Below are positions 27,832 through 37,864 of a DNA stretch of 64,000 nt, piece after piece. Origin of the DNA: a virus; IMG/VR virus record IMGVR_UViG_3300020421_002402, positions 46,194-110,193 of that record, one strand, 5' to 3'. Under the pieces are notes generated by a model. That model did no database searches. It worked only from the letters and a program-made list of their open reading frames with translations, and had not been told where the DNA came from. A program made the position numbers and the translations under genes. Numbering within the stretch: position 1 is the stretch's first letter; every line of letters begins with the position of its first letter.

Positions 27832-28753
27832 AATAAAAGATGTAGCAGTAAGAATAAATTGCGATTTAGCAAAACTCACGGAACAAGATTATCAAGACAT
27901 AAACGAATTATATTTAAAAAACTTAATCATAGTTTTTGAAAACCAACCTTTTGAAACAATACCATTTGCAAAACTTATACATAAAATGGGTACATTTGCT
28001 AATTGGGAACAAATGCTATGGCATCAAGATGGTACAAGCAGACCTAAATCAGAATACTTAGATCCTTTCACATTTGAAGGTAGTGACAACGAATATCCTT
28101 TACAGCGAGTAACAGGTGAAAAAACTGAGAAAGGAATGGCTACAGGCATATTTGGTAATGGCGAATTAGATTGGCATAGCAATATGAATGGAGATATGGA
28201 TAGAGCAAGAGGTGTTGCACTACAAGGTGCTTGGCACAGTGAAAACACTCATACTGCATTTATGAATACCGTAAGTGCATATAGAGATTTACCTGATGAT
28301 GTTAAACAAAGATGTGAAGGTGTAGTTGGAGACTTTGAGTATGCACCTGAGAACTGGGCAAAAGGCGTTCCTACACCACAACTAATGGCAATGAAAGGGT
28401 TTGGTATAGTTAATCACAAGTACCAAATGAACCTTTTACACGAGTCCTTTGACGGCGGAAAGGGCCTATATTTACACTTTCATAATAATTGTAAGTTTCC
28501 TACAGACCCAGAACTTAAGAATATACTAATAGAACATTGTTTACAAGACAAATATGTTTATGAACACAAATGGAATCCAGGTGATATTGTTGTAAGTGAC
28601 CAAGTTCTTACATTACATAAAAGAGTAGAATGGGAACCTGAAATTATTGCAAAACGTGTATTACACAGGATTACATTCCATTATGATAGAATCATAGATA
28701 ATTACTTTGACGAATATACTAAAATAAAGGAGTCAAATACGTTAGAATACTAG
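27818..28753 (+). CDS. TauD/TfdA-family Fe(II)/2OG dioxygenase-like protein
   Basis: LDWHSN, T.F.NT..AY.DLP, Y.H.W.PGDIVV.D...TLHKR, R.LHRI. Confidence 0.85.
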   Translation: MKIDKIKDVAVRINCDLAKLTEQDYQDINELYLKNLIIVFENQPFETIPFAKLIHKMGTFANWEQMLWHQDGTSRPKSEYLDPFTFEGSDNEYPLQRVTGEKTEKGMATGIFGNGELDWHSNMNGDMDRARGVALQGAWHSENTHTAFMNTVSAYRDLPDDVKQRCEGVVGDFEYAPENWAKGVPTPQLMAMKGFGIVNHKYQMNLLHESFDGGKGLYLHFHNNCKFPTDPELKNILIEHCLQDKYVYEHKWNPGDIVVSDQVLTLHKRVEWEPEIIAKRVLHRITFHYDRIIDNYFDEYTKIKESNTLEY

Positions 28754-28782
28754 TTGACATTAGTATCAAAATACCGTATAAT
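28754..28782 (+). promoter_or_regulatory. sigma70-type promoter, leaderless
   Basis: TTGACA-17-TATAAT-6nt-ATG. Confidence 0.75.
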
Positions 28783-28788
28783 GTATAA

Positions 28789-29028
28789 ATGAGCAAAAAG
28801 TCTAAGACACAAATGACTAAAGCAGAACTAATTGACCTTGCATACACATTAGAAAACAAGGTTAAAGAGTTAGAAGAACAAATAGAAACAATGCAAAACG
28901 ATAGGATTGCATTGGATACTATTATTGCTGACCAAGACACTAGTATGATTATTAGTGGAATGAATGCACGAATCAAAATGCTTGAGGACAAAATCTTAGA
29001 CGTAGAAAGTAGGAAAAATTATGAATAA
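28789..29028 (+). CDS. Coiled-coil hypothetical protein
   Basis: Heptad-rich 79-aa ORF. Confidence 0.65.
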   Translation: MSKKSKTQMTKAELIDLAYTLENKVKELEEQIETMQNDRIALDTIIADQDTSMIISGMNARIKMLEDKILDVESRKNYE

Positions 29029-29401
29029 AGTATTTGTATATGGTTCACTTAAAAGTGGCGGAGAAATAAGAGGACTAAACCAATTTGGAGAAGGTGCTAG
29101 TATTGTTGGTAAAGCAAAAACACAATATCCGGATTATGAAATGTCTGACTTAGGAGCATTTCCAGGAGTTTTTTTGAATGGTAAATTTCACATACAAGGT
29201 GAAGTATGGGAAGTCAGCGATGAAGTATTAGAACAACTGGATGCCATTGAAGGGTATCCTGAGTTTTATAATAGACAAATTGTACACACCACCGAAGGCA
29301 AAGCATTTATGTATTTTTTACCTGAAACAGGATATGAACAATACAAAGGTGTTAGAGGCGACAACGTAACTGAAGATGGAGATACATTGGTATGGCGTTA
29401 G
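29021..29401 (+). CDS. Gamma-glutamylcyclotransferase (AIG2-like)
   Basis: VFVYGSLK.G, GEVWEV, LDAIEGYP..Y.R. Confidence 0.9.
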   Translation: MNKVFVYGSLKSGGEIRGLNQFGEGASIVGKAKTQYPDYEMSDLGAFPGVFLNGKFHIQGEVWEVSDEVLEQLDAIEGYPEFYNRQIVHTTEGKAFMYFLPETGYEQYKGVRGDNVTEDGDTLVWR

Positions 29402-29700
29402 ACACATTGACACTTATAGATAAAATTGGACAATGGCATCATGATAGAAATCTTATAGAAGGTTCAGATGATAAATCACAATTTGCTAAACTTATTCAAG
29501 AAGCAGGTGAGTTATCTGATAACATTTGTAAAGGCAAAGACGTATCAGATGACATTGGTGATATGATTGTAGTATTGATTAATATAGCAGAGAGAAACAA
29601 TCTCACTATACAAGAATGTTTACAACAAGCATGGGACGACATCAAAGACCGTAAAGGCAAAATGGTCGATGGTGTCTTTGTGAAAGAAGGAGATAGTTAA
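29392..29700 (+). CDS. MazG-like nucleotide pyrophosphohydrolase
   Basis: KLIQEAGEL, DDIGD, IKDRKG.MVDG.FVKE. Confidence 0.85.
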   Translation: MALDTLTLIDKIGQWHHDRNLIEGSDDKSQFAKLIQEAGELSDNICKGKDVSDDIGDMIVVLINIAERNNLTIQECLQQAWDDIKDRKGKMVDGVFVKEGDS

Positions 29701-29837
29701 TGACAACTTTTTTACTTATAGTGTTAGGAATCATCATAGGATGGTTTATACCTAGACCCTATCAAATTGGTGACCTTGAAGACAAATGGATAGGTCCACT
29801 GAAAGAAAAAGTTCCTTATCACTTACGTTGGTGGTAA
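29700..29837 (+). CDS. 45-aa protein with N-terminal TM (not in ORF track)
   Basis: MTTFLLIVLGIIIGWFIPRP..., GGAG SD. Confidence 0.55.
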   Translation: MTTFLLIVLGIIIGWFIPRPYQIGDLEDKWIGPLKEKVPYHLRWW

Positions 29838-29838
29838 G

Positions 29839-31095
29839 ATGATTGTCCGTGTAATTATACAAAACCAGTATAAAGAAGAACTGCATAACAATGAATGGTT
29901 TGCAGACATGGGAGATTGGAGAAATGCTGAAGGGTATGCATCTACAAAGTTATTTGGATTTTGGAGAAAAAAATACGAATACGGCACTATCTTAATGTCT
30001 GAGTTACTAGATAATAGCATTAATAATGATGACAACTTATATGAAATAAGTGATGTTGAATGGTATTTACTGAAAGACGACATCAAAGAGCAGTTTGTCG
30101 ACAACAGAAACATTGTAATTTCAAATAGTGCTGAAGCATTTTTATACGGTTTATCAAAATCAGACAAATATGATTTAAATGATTACACAATTCCATTAAA
30201 CCCAAACTACTTTGATAAGTCTGAACTTGCTAAAAAATTTATTGTGGTTTGGGATAATATAAACAAAACTGTTCCTAGTTTGTATCCACATATTCATTTT
30301 ATAAACACTGATTTCTTTTTATTAGAAGCAATATCACATCTAGATGCAGTTACAAGTAGATGGACTAAAACTGAAAACGGAAAGGTACTTGAAACTAGTC
30401 TTACAAAAATAAATCCTGTAGAGGAGTATGCACCTTGGATTAAAAAATTACCTAATTTTGCATACGGCTATGACAAGTTTATAGAACTTAATCTATCTAA
30501 TTTATTAGCAAAGCAACATAACTTTGTATGTTTATTTGGTTTTGAAAAGCCACATAGACGAGATTTGTTTGATAAAATGATTGAAAACAATTTAGTAGAA
30601 CGTAATGTAGTAGGATCCTATGATAAAAGATATCCAAATACACTATACGAACCAACAGAGTCAATGGTACGAGATGGAATAAGAGGACTCAATGACAGAA
30701 TGATTGCACCACAATGGATTCAAAATTGTAAAGTTTGGATTTCAAATGAAACATGGTGGGAAGGTACTGGAGCACATTTAGGACACATCACAGAAAAAAC
30801 ATATAAGCCTATACAATACGGAATGCCATTTTTAGTTAATGGTGCTCATGGTACTTTAGAGTATTTAGAAGATTTAGGTTTTAAAAGTTATAGAGATATT
30901 TTTGGTGACTACATTGTAAAAGATGATTTAGAAAAAACAAATGATAATATCATAAACATTATAGAAAACTTACATCCATATATAAAAGATAATGTGGATT
31001 ACATTACAAAATGTGCAGTACATAATTGGCATAGATTAGAACAAATGACTATAGAACAACGACTACAGCAGGTTGAAAATAAGATATGGAATTAA
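29839..31095 (+). CDS. Putative glycosyltransferase-like phage protein
   Basis: KPHR, ISNET, ITEKTYKPI..GMPF...G...L..LGFK C-terminal module. Confidence 0.5.
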   Translation: MIVRVIIQNQYKEELHNNEWFADMGDWRNAEGYASTKLFGFWRKKYEYGTILMSELLDNSINNDDNLYEISDVEWYLLKDDIKEQFVDNRNIVISNSAEAFLYGLSKSDKYDLNDYTIPLNPNYFDKSELAKKFIVVWDNINKTVPSLYPHIHFINTDFFLLEAISHLDAVTSRWTKTENGKVLETSLTKINPVEEYAPWIKKLPNFAYGYDKFIELNLSNLLAKQHNFVCLFGFEKPHRRDLFDKMIENNLVERNVVGSYDKRYPNTLYEPTESMVRDGIRGLNDRMIAPQWIQNCKVWISNETWWEGTGAHLGHITEKTYKPIQYGMPFLVNGAHGTLEYLEDLGFKSYRDIFGDYIVKDDLEKTNDNIINIIENLHPYIKDNVDYITKCAVHNWHRLEQMTIEQRLQQVENKIWN

Positions 31096-31445
31096 TGTTG
31101 ATAACATATTTAATGATAAAACATGTAATTGCAGATTACTTTATGCAATACAGTTGGATGATAAAGGACAAAGGTACATATGGTGCCTGGGGAGGATTAG
31201 CACATAGTGGTTGGCATGGTATATTAACTGGCGCCGTTATTGTTTGGTTTGGACACCCTTTATTGTTTGCAATATTACTAGGTCTATTAGATAGTGCGAT
31301 ACATTATCACGTAGACTATGTAAAGAGTAACTTCTGGAAGTCAAAGAAGTTAGGTCCTAGTGACCAAGTGTATTGGATAGCACATGGTGTTGACCAATTC
31401 TTACATTTTATGACATACGTTTTATTGGTGATTTTATGCAGATAG
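31086..31445 (+). CDS. DUF3307-like membrane protein
   Basis: KH..ADY..Q, HS..HG, HYHVDY.K, G.DQ.LH. Confidence 0.8.
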   Translation: MELMLITYLMIKHVIADYFMQYSWMIKDKGTYGAWGGLAHSGWHGILTGAVIVWFGHPLLFAILLGLLDSAIHYHVDYVKSNFWKSKKLGPSDQVYWIAHGVDQFLHFMTYVLLVILCR

Positions 31446-32494
31446 AAAGAGATATTAAATTAGATTATTCAGATGTATTGTTACGACCTAAAAGAAGCAG
31501 ATTAGGAAGTAGAAAAAATGTTGAACTAAAAAGACAATATAAGTTCTTAAACAGTGGCAGAACATATGAAGGCATTCCAATTATAGCGGCTAACATGCAA
31601 GGTGTTGGCACATTTGGAATGGCAGAAGAACTTATTAAAGTACCAATGTTTACATGTTTAGATAAAAACTATCAACCTGCAGACATTTGGGATTGGCTCA
31701 GCAATCATGTACATAAGCCTGACTTATGTAGAAACATAGCAGTAACAACAGGTATTACAGATGTAGACATTGAACGTATTGATGCTACACTAAAACTATG
31801 CAGAAGTATAGACTATGTTTGTTTAGATGTTGCTAATGGTTATAGTGAACGTTTCTTAGACTATGTAGCACGTTTTAGAGAGAAGTATCCTAATATAGTT
31901 ATTATTGCAGGTAATGTTGTAACTGCTGACATAACAGAAGAACTATTACTAAAAGGAGCAGATATTGTTAAAGTTGGCATTGGGCCTGGTAGTGTTTGTA
32001 CTACTAGGATTAAGACTGGCGTTGGATATCCACAACTATCGGCTGTCATGGAATGTGCCGATGCCGCTCACGGTCTTGGTGGACACATCATTGCTGACGG
32101 CGGTTGTACTAGTCCTGGAGATGTAGCAAAGGCATTTGGTGCCGGTGCAGATTTTGTAATGCTAGGAGGAATGTTAGCAGGTACAAAAGAAGGTATTGGC
32201 TACGATGTTAGGGACGGTGGTAAAGTAGAATTTTTTGGTAGCAGTACCACAGTAGCACAGGAGGAACTAGGCGGTGTACAAGAACATAGAACAAGTGAAG
32301 GCAGAGTTGTTGAGATACCTTTTAAAGGTTCCGTTAATGATGTGGTCACAGACATTTTGGGAGGCTTGCGTAGTGCTTGTACTTATGTTGGTGCTGATAA
32401 GTTAAAGAACTTATCTAAATGCACAACGTTCGTACAGGTTAATGGAGGCAAAACTTATAATCCTATATACGAAGGATTTCAAGTTTCCGAATAG
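31436..32494 (+). CDS. guaC: GMP reductase
   Basis: [38 protein letters not shown]. Confidence 0.93.
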   Translation: MQIERDIKLDYSDVLLRPKRSRLGSRKNVELKRQYKFLNSGRTYEGIPIIAANMQGVGTFGMAEELIKVPMFTCLDKNYQPADIWDWLSNHVHKPDLCRNIAVTTGITDVDIERIDATLKLCRSIDYVCLDVANGYSERFLDYVARFREKYPNIVIIAGNVVTADITEELLLKGADIVKVGIGPGSVCTTRIKTGVGYPQLSAVMECADAAHGLGGHIIADGGCTSPGDVAKAFGAGADFVMLGGMLAGTKEGIGYDVRDGGKVEFFGSSTTVAQEELGGVQEHRTSEGRVVEIPFKGSVNDVVTDILGGLRSACTYVGADKLKNLSKCTTFVQVNGGKTYNPIYEGFQVSE

Positions 32495-32499
32495 GTGTT

Positions 32500-32769
32500 A
32501 TGAGCGATAATGCACATAATGAAAGAATATATTACAATAGAGAAGGCATGATTATACCAGATAGCGAAAAAGCATGTCACATTATATGGGAACTAGAATT
32601 TGAAATGAAGAACCCACGTAATGATGGCTGGACAGGTTCAGATATGAAAAAACGATTATGGGACATTAAACATAAAGTTGATAAGGCTTTAGTAGATGCG
32701 CCAACATATACAGGCGAAGAACCATATGAAGATATATACTTAATGAACAGATTAAAAGGCAAAAATTAA
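32500..32769 (+). CDS. Hypothetical phage protein
   Basis: NPRNDGWT...K..LW..K motif. Confidence 0.65.
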   Translation: MSDNAHNERIYYNREGMIIPDSEKACHIIWELEFEMKNPRNDGWTGSDMKKRLWDIKHKVDKALVDAPTYTGEEPYEDIYLMNRLKGKN

Positions 32770-33563
32770 TGAAATTAGGCATCATAGGAAAAGGCTTTGT
32801 AGGCTCAGCAGTTGCTAATGGCTTTGACCGTGATGTTGAACAGTTTGTGGTGGACCCACAATTCTCAGACAACACACTAGAACAACTTGTCAAATTTGGG
32901 CCACCACTCCTTTTTATTTGTGTACCTACACCTATAGCAGATGACGGTAGTTGCGACACAACTATTGCAAAAAACGTACTTACTGAGCTTCATAGACTTC
33001 AATACAAGGGTGTTTGTGTTATAAAGAGTACTATTATACCAGACTATTTGCATGAGTTTAAAAGAGATTTTGACCTTAAAATAGTCTATAATCCAGAGTT
33101 TTTAACAGAATCAAATGCAAACGATGACTTTAAAAACCCTCCATTTCAAGTGTTTGGCGGTAAGTGGAAAGACTGTGAAGTAGTTGAAAAAGCATATTTA
33201 AGACATAGTTCTGTTAAGATAGTACCTACGTTTAAAGTAGATTTAACTACCGCAAGTTTATTGAAATACACTATAAACAGTTGGTTAGCAACTAAAGTAA
33301 CATTCTTTAATGAATTAAAGTCTTTACATGATTTAGGTAGTAGTATGGTAAGTTGGGAACAATTCACAGACATGTTAAGCAGAGATGAACGTATAGGTAA
33401 AACACACATGCAAGTACCCGGACCAGATGGTAAAGAAGGTTTTGGTGGACATTGTTTCCCTAAAGACACAGAAGCATTATTAAATTATGCTGGTAAAAAG
33501 AACATTAAAATGAGTGTATTGCGTAAAGCAGTACATACCAATAAAAAAATTAGAGATAATTAA
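32769..33563 (+). CDS. UDP-glucose/GDP-mannose dehydrogenase-like protein lacking the C-terminal domain
   Basis: GIIGKGFVG, ICVPTP, IKST, NPEFL, GFGGHCFPKD. Confidence 0.88.
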   Translation: MKLGIIGKGFVGSAVANGFDRDVEQFVVDPQFSDNTLEQLVKFGPPLLFICVPTPIADDGSCDTTIAKNVLTELHRLQYKGVCVIKSTIIPDYLHEFKRDFDLKIVYNPEFLTESNANDDFKNPPFQVFGGKWKDCEVVEKAYLRHSSVKIVPTFKVDLTTASLLKYTINSWLATKVTFFNELKSLHDLGSSMVSWEQFTDMLSRDERIGKTHMQVPGPDGKEGFGGHCFPKDTEALLNYAGKKNIKMSVLRKAVHTNKKIRDN

Positions 33564-33722
33564 CAAATAATTTCACACTAATTAAGTAATTTCGGAGAAA
33601 TTATTTAATCTATATCTTTAAATTTTCCTTAATTTTTACTAAATACTAGTAACAAAGTAATTTAGAGTTAATAAAAAATGTAGTATTAACCTGATTACAC
33701 TTAGAAATTAAGGAGTCATAAA

Positions 33723-34091
33723 ATGGCACAAACTCAAAATACAGGAGCCGCAGTTGCTCCAGGTCACGTAGGTGGTAAAGTAATCGCTGGAATCCAAATA
33801 GATTTCGGTGCTGACGTTTCAGCAAAATTGGCTGTTGATGGAGCCGTAGACGCAACATTAAAAGCAATCATGAACGAAGGCTTAACAGCATTCGCAATTG
33901 GTACAGTTGATGCAACAGGTGGAACAGGACAAGGACTTAAAGTTCTTTTCGAAGGTGAACACGGAACAGATACATATGATGGATCTAACAGTGAATCACT
34001 AGCGGCTCACTTGGAAGACGTTGTACAAGCATTAGGCACAGTTGACGGAGTCAACCTAGCAAGTGCGGCAATTACAGCATTTGACCTATAA
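33723..34091 (+). CDS. Probable abundant virion protein
   Basis: Own TAAATA box, AAGGAG SD, biased codons, strong terminator. Ala/Gly-rich. Confidence 0.5.
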   Translation: MAQTQNTGAAVAPGHVGGKVIAGIQIDFGADVSAKLAVDGAVDATLKAIMNEGLTAFAIGTVDATGGTGQGLKVLFEGEHGTDTYDGSNSESLAAHLEDVVQALGTVDGVNLASAAITAFDL

Positions 34092-34111
34092 GCCTTAAAA
34101 CTTATAAACTT

Positions 34112-34142
34112 AAGAAAGGTACCAAACGGTACCTTTCTTTTT
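34112..34142 (+). terminator. Intrinsic terminator
   Basis: AAGAAAGGTACC/GGTACCTTTCTT followed by T tract. Confidence 0.85.
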
Positions 34143-34166
34143 GAGTGAATTAAGTAAATAGTAATT

Positions 34167-35012
34167 ATGAAATATGTTATTACAGGACATACAAGAGGCA
34201 TAGGCAAAAAATGTGCAGACTTATTTACTGCTGATGGACATGAAGTAATTGGTTTCAGTCGTGAAAATGGTTACGATATCAGAGATCCTGAACAAAGAAA
34301 ACAAATATTGGAACAATCGGTAGATGCAGACGTTTTTATAAACAATGCCGCTGGATATTTTTTAGCAAAAAGAAGTGAAGTTCCAGAAAAACAAAGAGAA
34401 GATTACAATGCTGTTTGGGACGATGAAGGATATTTCCCACAAACTAGAATGTTTATGGAAATATGGAAACAGTTTTATAATCAAAAGAAAACAATAGTAA
34501 ATGTTAATAGTGCTATAAAATATAGTTCAGTAAATGCTTCAGCAAAAATCATAGTCACAGAACCACGTGAGATTCCTTTTCTTGTAACAGATGAAACTGT
34601 TTGGTCAGATATGCCTGCCATTGAAGCAAATCAAATTTATTTTAAAAGCAAAGAGCAACTCTTTGCCGTAGCATCAAATCTTGTAGGATTTGGCAACGCC
34701 GGTGGTGCTAAGAAGATAAGCAAAACTCAATTCGTTATAGATGCAAACGACAAAGAACACGAAATGGCAAACCTTATGTGTAGGTGTATAAATATTAATC
34801 CAGGTTGGGTAGATACTGAAATGTTTCCTCATTTTGCAAATGGCAGGAAACTACAACCAGAAGATATTGCAGAATTGATTAAATGGTCAATCAATATGCC
34901 TAAGAATATAGAAGTATTTGATTTAAGTGTGCGTAAAAAATTAAGCAATAAAGAGATAGGTTTAAGTTCAAAGGGTAAAGATTTTACCAGTATTCCGCCA
35001 ATTAAGGCTTAG
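34167..35012 (+). CDS. Short-chain dehydrogenase/reductase with insertions
   Basis: TGHTRGIG, INNAA, YFKSK, NPGWVDT. Confidence 0.8.
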   Translation: MKYVITGHTRGIGKKCADLFTADGHEVIGFSRENGYDIRDPEQRKQILEQSVDADVFINNAAGYFLAKRSEVPEKQREDYNAVWDDEGYFPQTRMFMEIWKQFYNQKKTIVNVNSAIKYSSVNASAKIIVTEPREIPFLVTDETVWSDMPAIEANQIYFKSKEQLFAVASNLVGFGNAGGAKKISKTQFVIDANDKEHEMANLMCRCININPGWVDTEMFPHFANGRKLQPEDIAELIKWSINMPKNIEVFDLSVRKKLSNKEIGLSSKGKDFTSIPPIKA

Positions 35013-35023
35013 GATTTTTAGAT

Positions 35024-35542
35024 ATGTGGAAGAAGTTATTTTGGTACCTAGCAAAACGAAGAGGAACTGAAACATTAACAAATATATACACTGGGCAAGA
35101 GTATATGCACAGAGTATTTTTAGGTAGACAAATTTTTCAACAAGGAATTGCTGGAAAGTATGGTGCTGGTAGAGTTTGTTTTAACTTAATACTTGGTAGT
35201 GATTTACCTGTAGAACATAATCACCCCTGGGGATATTTTACACTCATACTGTCGGGAGGATACTATGAGGTAAGAGGAGAGGAGAGAAAGTGGAGAGGTC
35301 CAGGCTGGTTTGCTTGGCGTTCACACAATGACTTCCATAGAGTTGAAATACCAGATGGTGGATATGCTATGACACTTTTTATTAAAGGACCTCATGGCAA
35401 AATGGGTTCTTTCTTTTTAGATGAAGGGAAACCTGTAAAAGATTTAAAGTTTTGGTTAAGAAGGAAAATTAGCCGAGACACAATTGGAGCGATGATAAAA
35501 ATTAAGTCGCCCGAGGAGATACAACGTGAACATGAAGGATAA
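35024..35542 (+). CDS. Cupin-fold protein, paralog of 8755..9180
   Basis: HNHPW..LILSGGYYE..HRVEI. Confidence 0.75.
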   Translation: MWKKLFWYLAKRRGTETLTNIYTGQEYMHRVFLGRQIFQQGIAGKYGAGRVCFNLILGSDLPVEHNHPWGYFTLILSGGYYEVRGEERKWRGPGWFAWRSHNDFHRVEIPDGGYAMTLFIKGPHGKMGSFFLDEGKPVKDLKFWLRRKISRDTIGAMIKIKSPEEIQREHEG

Positions 35543-36485
35543 AATATTAGACATAACTCCAGGGATGGAAGAAGAAGTTGATAGTTGGTTTTTAGAAAAA
35601 CTTGAAACACAAATCAACAATGGTCTTTATCCAAATGAAGGTGAATTAGCCGCAATAAAACAAAGCATAGTAGATGACCTATCTGCATACTCTAATAAAC
35701 ATCGAATAGAAGATGTTGTTGTAGGAATGAGTGGGGGTGTTGATAGTGCCTTAACTGCCGCATTGTTTAAAGAAGCAGGCTGGACAGTACATGGTGTAGT
35801 AATGCCTATACATCAAAATCAAGAAGAAACTGATAGAGGATTAGAAAACGTAGAAGCACTTGGATTAGAATTACATAATTATGATTTAAGTGAACAGTTT
35901 GACAGTATGCAACAGTTTATATTCAGTAAAGACGAATTAGAATCAAATACATATCGTGTACAACAAAGACAAGGTAACATTAGAGCAAGACTTAGAATGA
36001 TTACTTTGTATAATCTTGCACATAAAGAAATGGGTATGGTAGGTAGTACTGACAACTTTAGTGAACTAGCCGCAGGGTTTTGGACACTACATGGTGATGT
36101 AGGTGATGTTGCACCTATTCAATCTTTAAACAAAAGTTGGGAAGTTCCTATGTTAGCAAAGATGTTAGGTGTACCACAAGCAACAGTAGAAGCAGTTCCA
36201 ACTGACGGTTTAGGCATATCAAAAAGTGATGCAGACCAACTAGGAATGAGTTACTTAGAGTTTGATATTGCTCTTTTTGAACTGTTATCTTTACCAAGAT
36301 TAGATAAAAATACTATAGAAATATACATAAATAGTATTACGGATTTAAAAGTCAATAAAAAATTAACACTTGTTGCTAATAGAGTTGCAAGTACGACTTT
36401 TAAAAGATTTAACCCTTACAACTTAAATCACCCAATATTTGGAAACAGATTTAAGTTGTTAGAAACATTAGACAGGAGTTTATAA
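35532..36485 (+). CDS. nadE: NH3-dependent NAD+ synthetase
   Basis: GMSGGVDS, GNIRARLRM, TLHGD, PTDGL. Confidence 0.9.
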   Translation: MKDKILDITPGMEEEVDSWFLEKLETQINNGLYPNEGELAAIKQSIVDDLSAYSNKHRIEDVVVGMSGGVDSALTAALFKEAGWTVHGVVMPIHQNQEETDRGLENVEALGLELHNYDLSEQFDSMQQFIFSKDELESNTYRVQQRQGNIRARLRMITLYNLAHKEMGMVGSTDNFSELAAGFWTLHGDVGDVAPIQSLNKSWEVPMLAKMLGVPQATVEAVPTDGLGISKSDADQLGMSYLEFDIALFELLSLPRLDKNTIEIYINSITDLKVNKKLTLVANRVASTTFKRFNPYNLNHPIFGNRFKLLETLDRSL

Positions 36486-36486
36486 A

Positions 36487-36732
36487 ATGGGATTTTTCGA
36501 ATGGATAATCAGTTTTTTTAAGTCTGAAGAGCCTAAAGCAGTTGAACCTGTAAAGGCAAAAGCGAAAGCACCAGCGGCTCAACCTGCATCTGAGAAAGTG
36601 ACTAAGGCAAGTTTGTCAAAACTTACTAAAGCACAAATCGAAGAGAAGGGAAGAGAGTTTGGCGTTGAAGTTGATAGACGTAAAAAGAAAGACGACATAG
36701 TGGCTGAAGTACTAAAAGCATCAAAGAAATAA
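36487..36732 (+). CDS. Small basic protein with a Rho-N/HeH-like C-terminal motif
   Basis: LSKLTKAQIEEKGREFGVEVDRRKKKDDIVAEV. Confidence 0.6.
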   Translation: MGFFEWIISFFKSEEPKAVEPVKAKAKAPAAQPASEKVTKASLSKLTKAQIEEKGREFGVEVDRRKKKDDIVAEVLKASKK

Positions 36733-36793
36733 TCATTTCGATTCAAAAGTACCACAAAACTTAACACTTGTTTTAACTTCTGATAAATAAGGT

Positions 36794-36941
36794 TGGAAGT
36801 TAAAGCAATCCGACTTCCACAACAGAGGGTTGGCAACTGTCGGTGAGTTTTGTAGTATAAAATTCACAATACGAAGTTGATAAAAGTTGAGGAACTTTTA
36901 CCCCTGAGCATTGTCCGTAAGGAAATGTGAACTGGAGTGCT
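36794..36941 (+). ncRNA. Candidate structured 5' leader
   Basis: Five consecutive hairpins after TAAATA, with complementary loops CAATCC/GGGTTG. Confidence 0.45.
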
Positions 36942-36969
36942 ATTAAATATAGACTACAGGAGTTCTAAG

Positions 36970-37149
36970 ATGAGCAGTTTAACACATACTGCGAAGTCAA
37001 TAATTCATGTTGCTAAAGACAGTTGGACTACTTTTAAAGAAAGGTACTGTCCCAGTGGGCAACTATGCAATGACATAGCCACATTGGGAAGTCTCGCCTT
37101 TATGGTGTGGTTCATGTATGTAGCAATGGAACCAATTCTTCGCTTTTAA
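36970..37149 (+). CDS. Small protein with C-terminal TM
   Basis: AGGAG SD before ATG 36970. Confidence 0.6.
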   Translation: MSSLTHTAKSIIHVAKDSWTTFKERYCPSGQLCNDIATLGSLAFMVWFMYVAMEPILRF

Positions 37150-37194
37150 CAATTTAAAAATTTAAGAATTTTATATTCTCCCAAACAATTTTAT

Positions 37195-37223
37195 GAAGCA
37201 CTCTCCGGAGTGCTTCTTTTTTT
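37195..37223 (+). terminator. Intrinsic terminator
   Basis: GAAGCACTC/GAGTGCTTC followed by T7. Confidence 0.88.
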
Positions 37224-37227
37224 ATGG

Positions 37228-37256
37228 TTGACAACTATACTGTATTTGTGTATAAT
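37228..37256 (+). promoter_or_regulatory. sigma70-type promoter, leaderless
   Basis: TTGACA-17-TATAAT-6nt-ATG (37263). Confidence 0.75.
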
Positions 37257-37262
37257 ATACCT

Positions 37263-37454
37263 ATGAAACATCTAATTAAGTGGATGAAAATATCTGCATT
37301 TATTAATTTTTACCTATGTGTAATTATGACTTTAGTATTGATTGCATTAATGGTAGATATTGGATTAGACAGTTATTGGCATGGTAATGATTTTAAAACA
37401 AAACTACTTAATGAAGTAGAACAAATTGAATGCACGACAACAGGAAATTGCTAG
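37263..37454 (+). CDS. Small membrane protein
   Basis: One TM segment. Start set by promoter position. Confidence 0.6.
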   Translation: MKHLIKWMKISAFINFYLCVIMTLVLIALMVDIGLDSYWHGNDFKTKLLNEVEQIECTTTGNC

Positions 37455-37792
37455 TCAATAAAACAATCAATGAGTATGTACGTTCTGTACAAATTCAATT
37501 AGCAACAGTAATTGGTTTACATTGTTTAATTATTGGATACTTTTTTCCAATGTTTTTAGTAACAATTACTTTTGTTCCAGCAACCTTTTATATACTTTGG
37601 TGTTACATAGCATTAATTTATGAAGTAGAAGGCACTAATAGAGATAACTTAATCGCTTTAATAAATGCTTCGGAACATGAACCTACACGAAAACTTCTAT
37701 TGCAAGAGTTATGGTATGCTGACCTACATAGTTTGGGTGGCGTTACAGAAGATACAATAGACATGGCGACCTATGCCAATACACGAATATAG
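37430..37792 (+). CDS. Two-TM membrane protein
   Basis: Hydrophobic N-terminal half. Confidence 0.6.
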   Translation: MHDNRKLLVNKTINEYVRSVQIQLATVIGLHCLIIGYFFPMFLVTITFVPATFYILWCYIALIYEVEGTNRDNLIALINASEHEPTRKLLLQELWYADLHSLGGVTEDTIDMATYANTRI

Positions 37793-37864
37793 AATATAAA
37801 CAGTTATAAAGATAAATATTAGTGTTATATAGCAGATGGCTTATAACTTAAATCAGGAGAAGAT

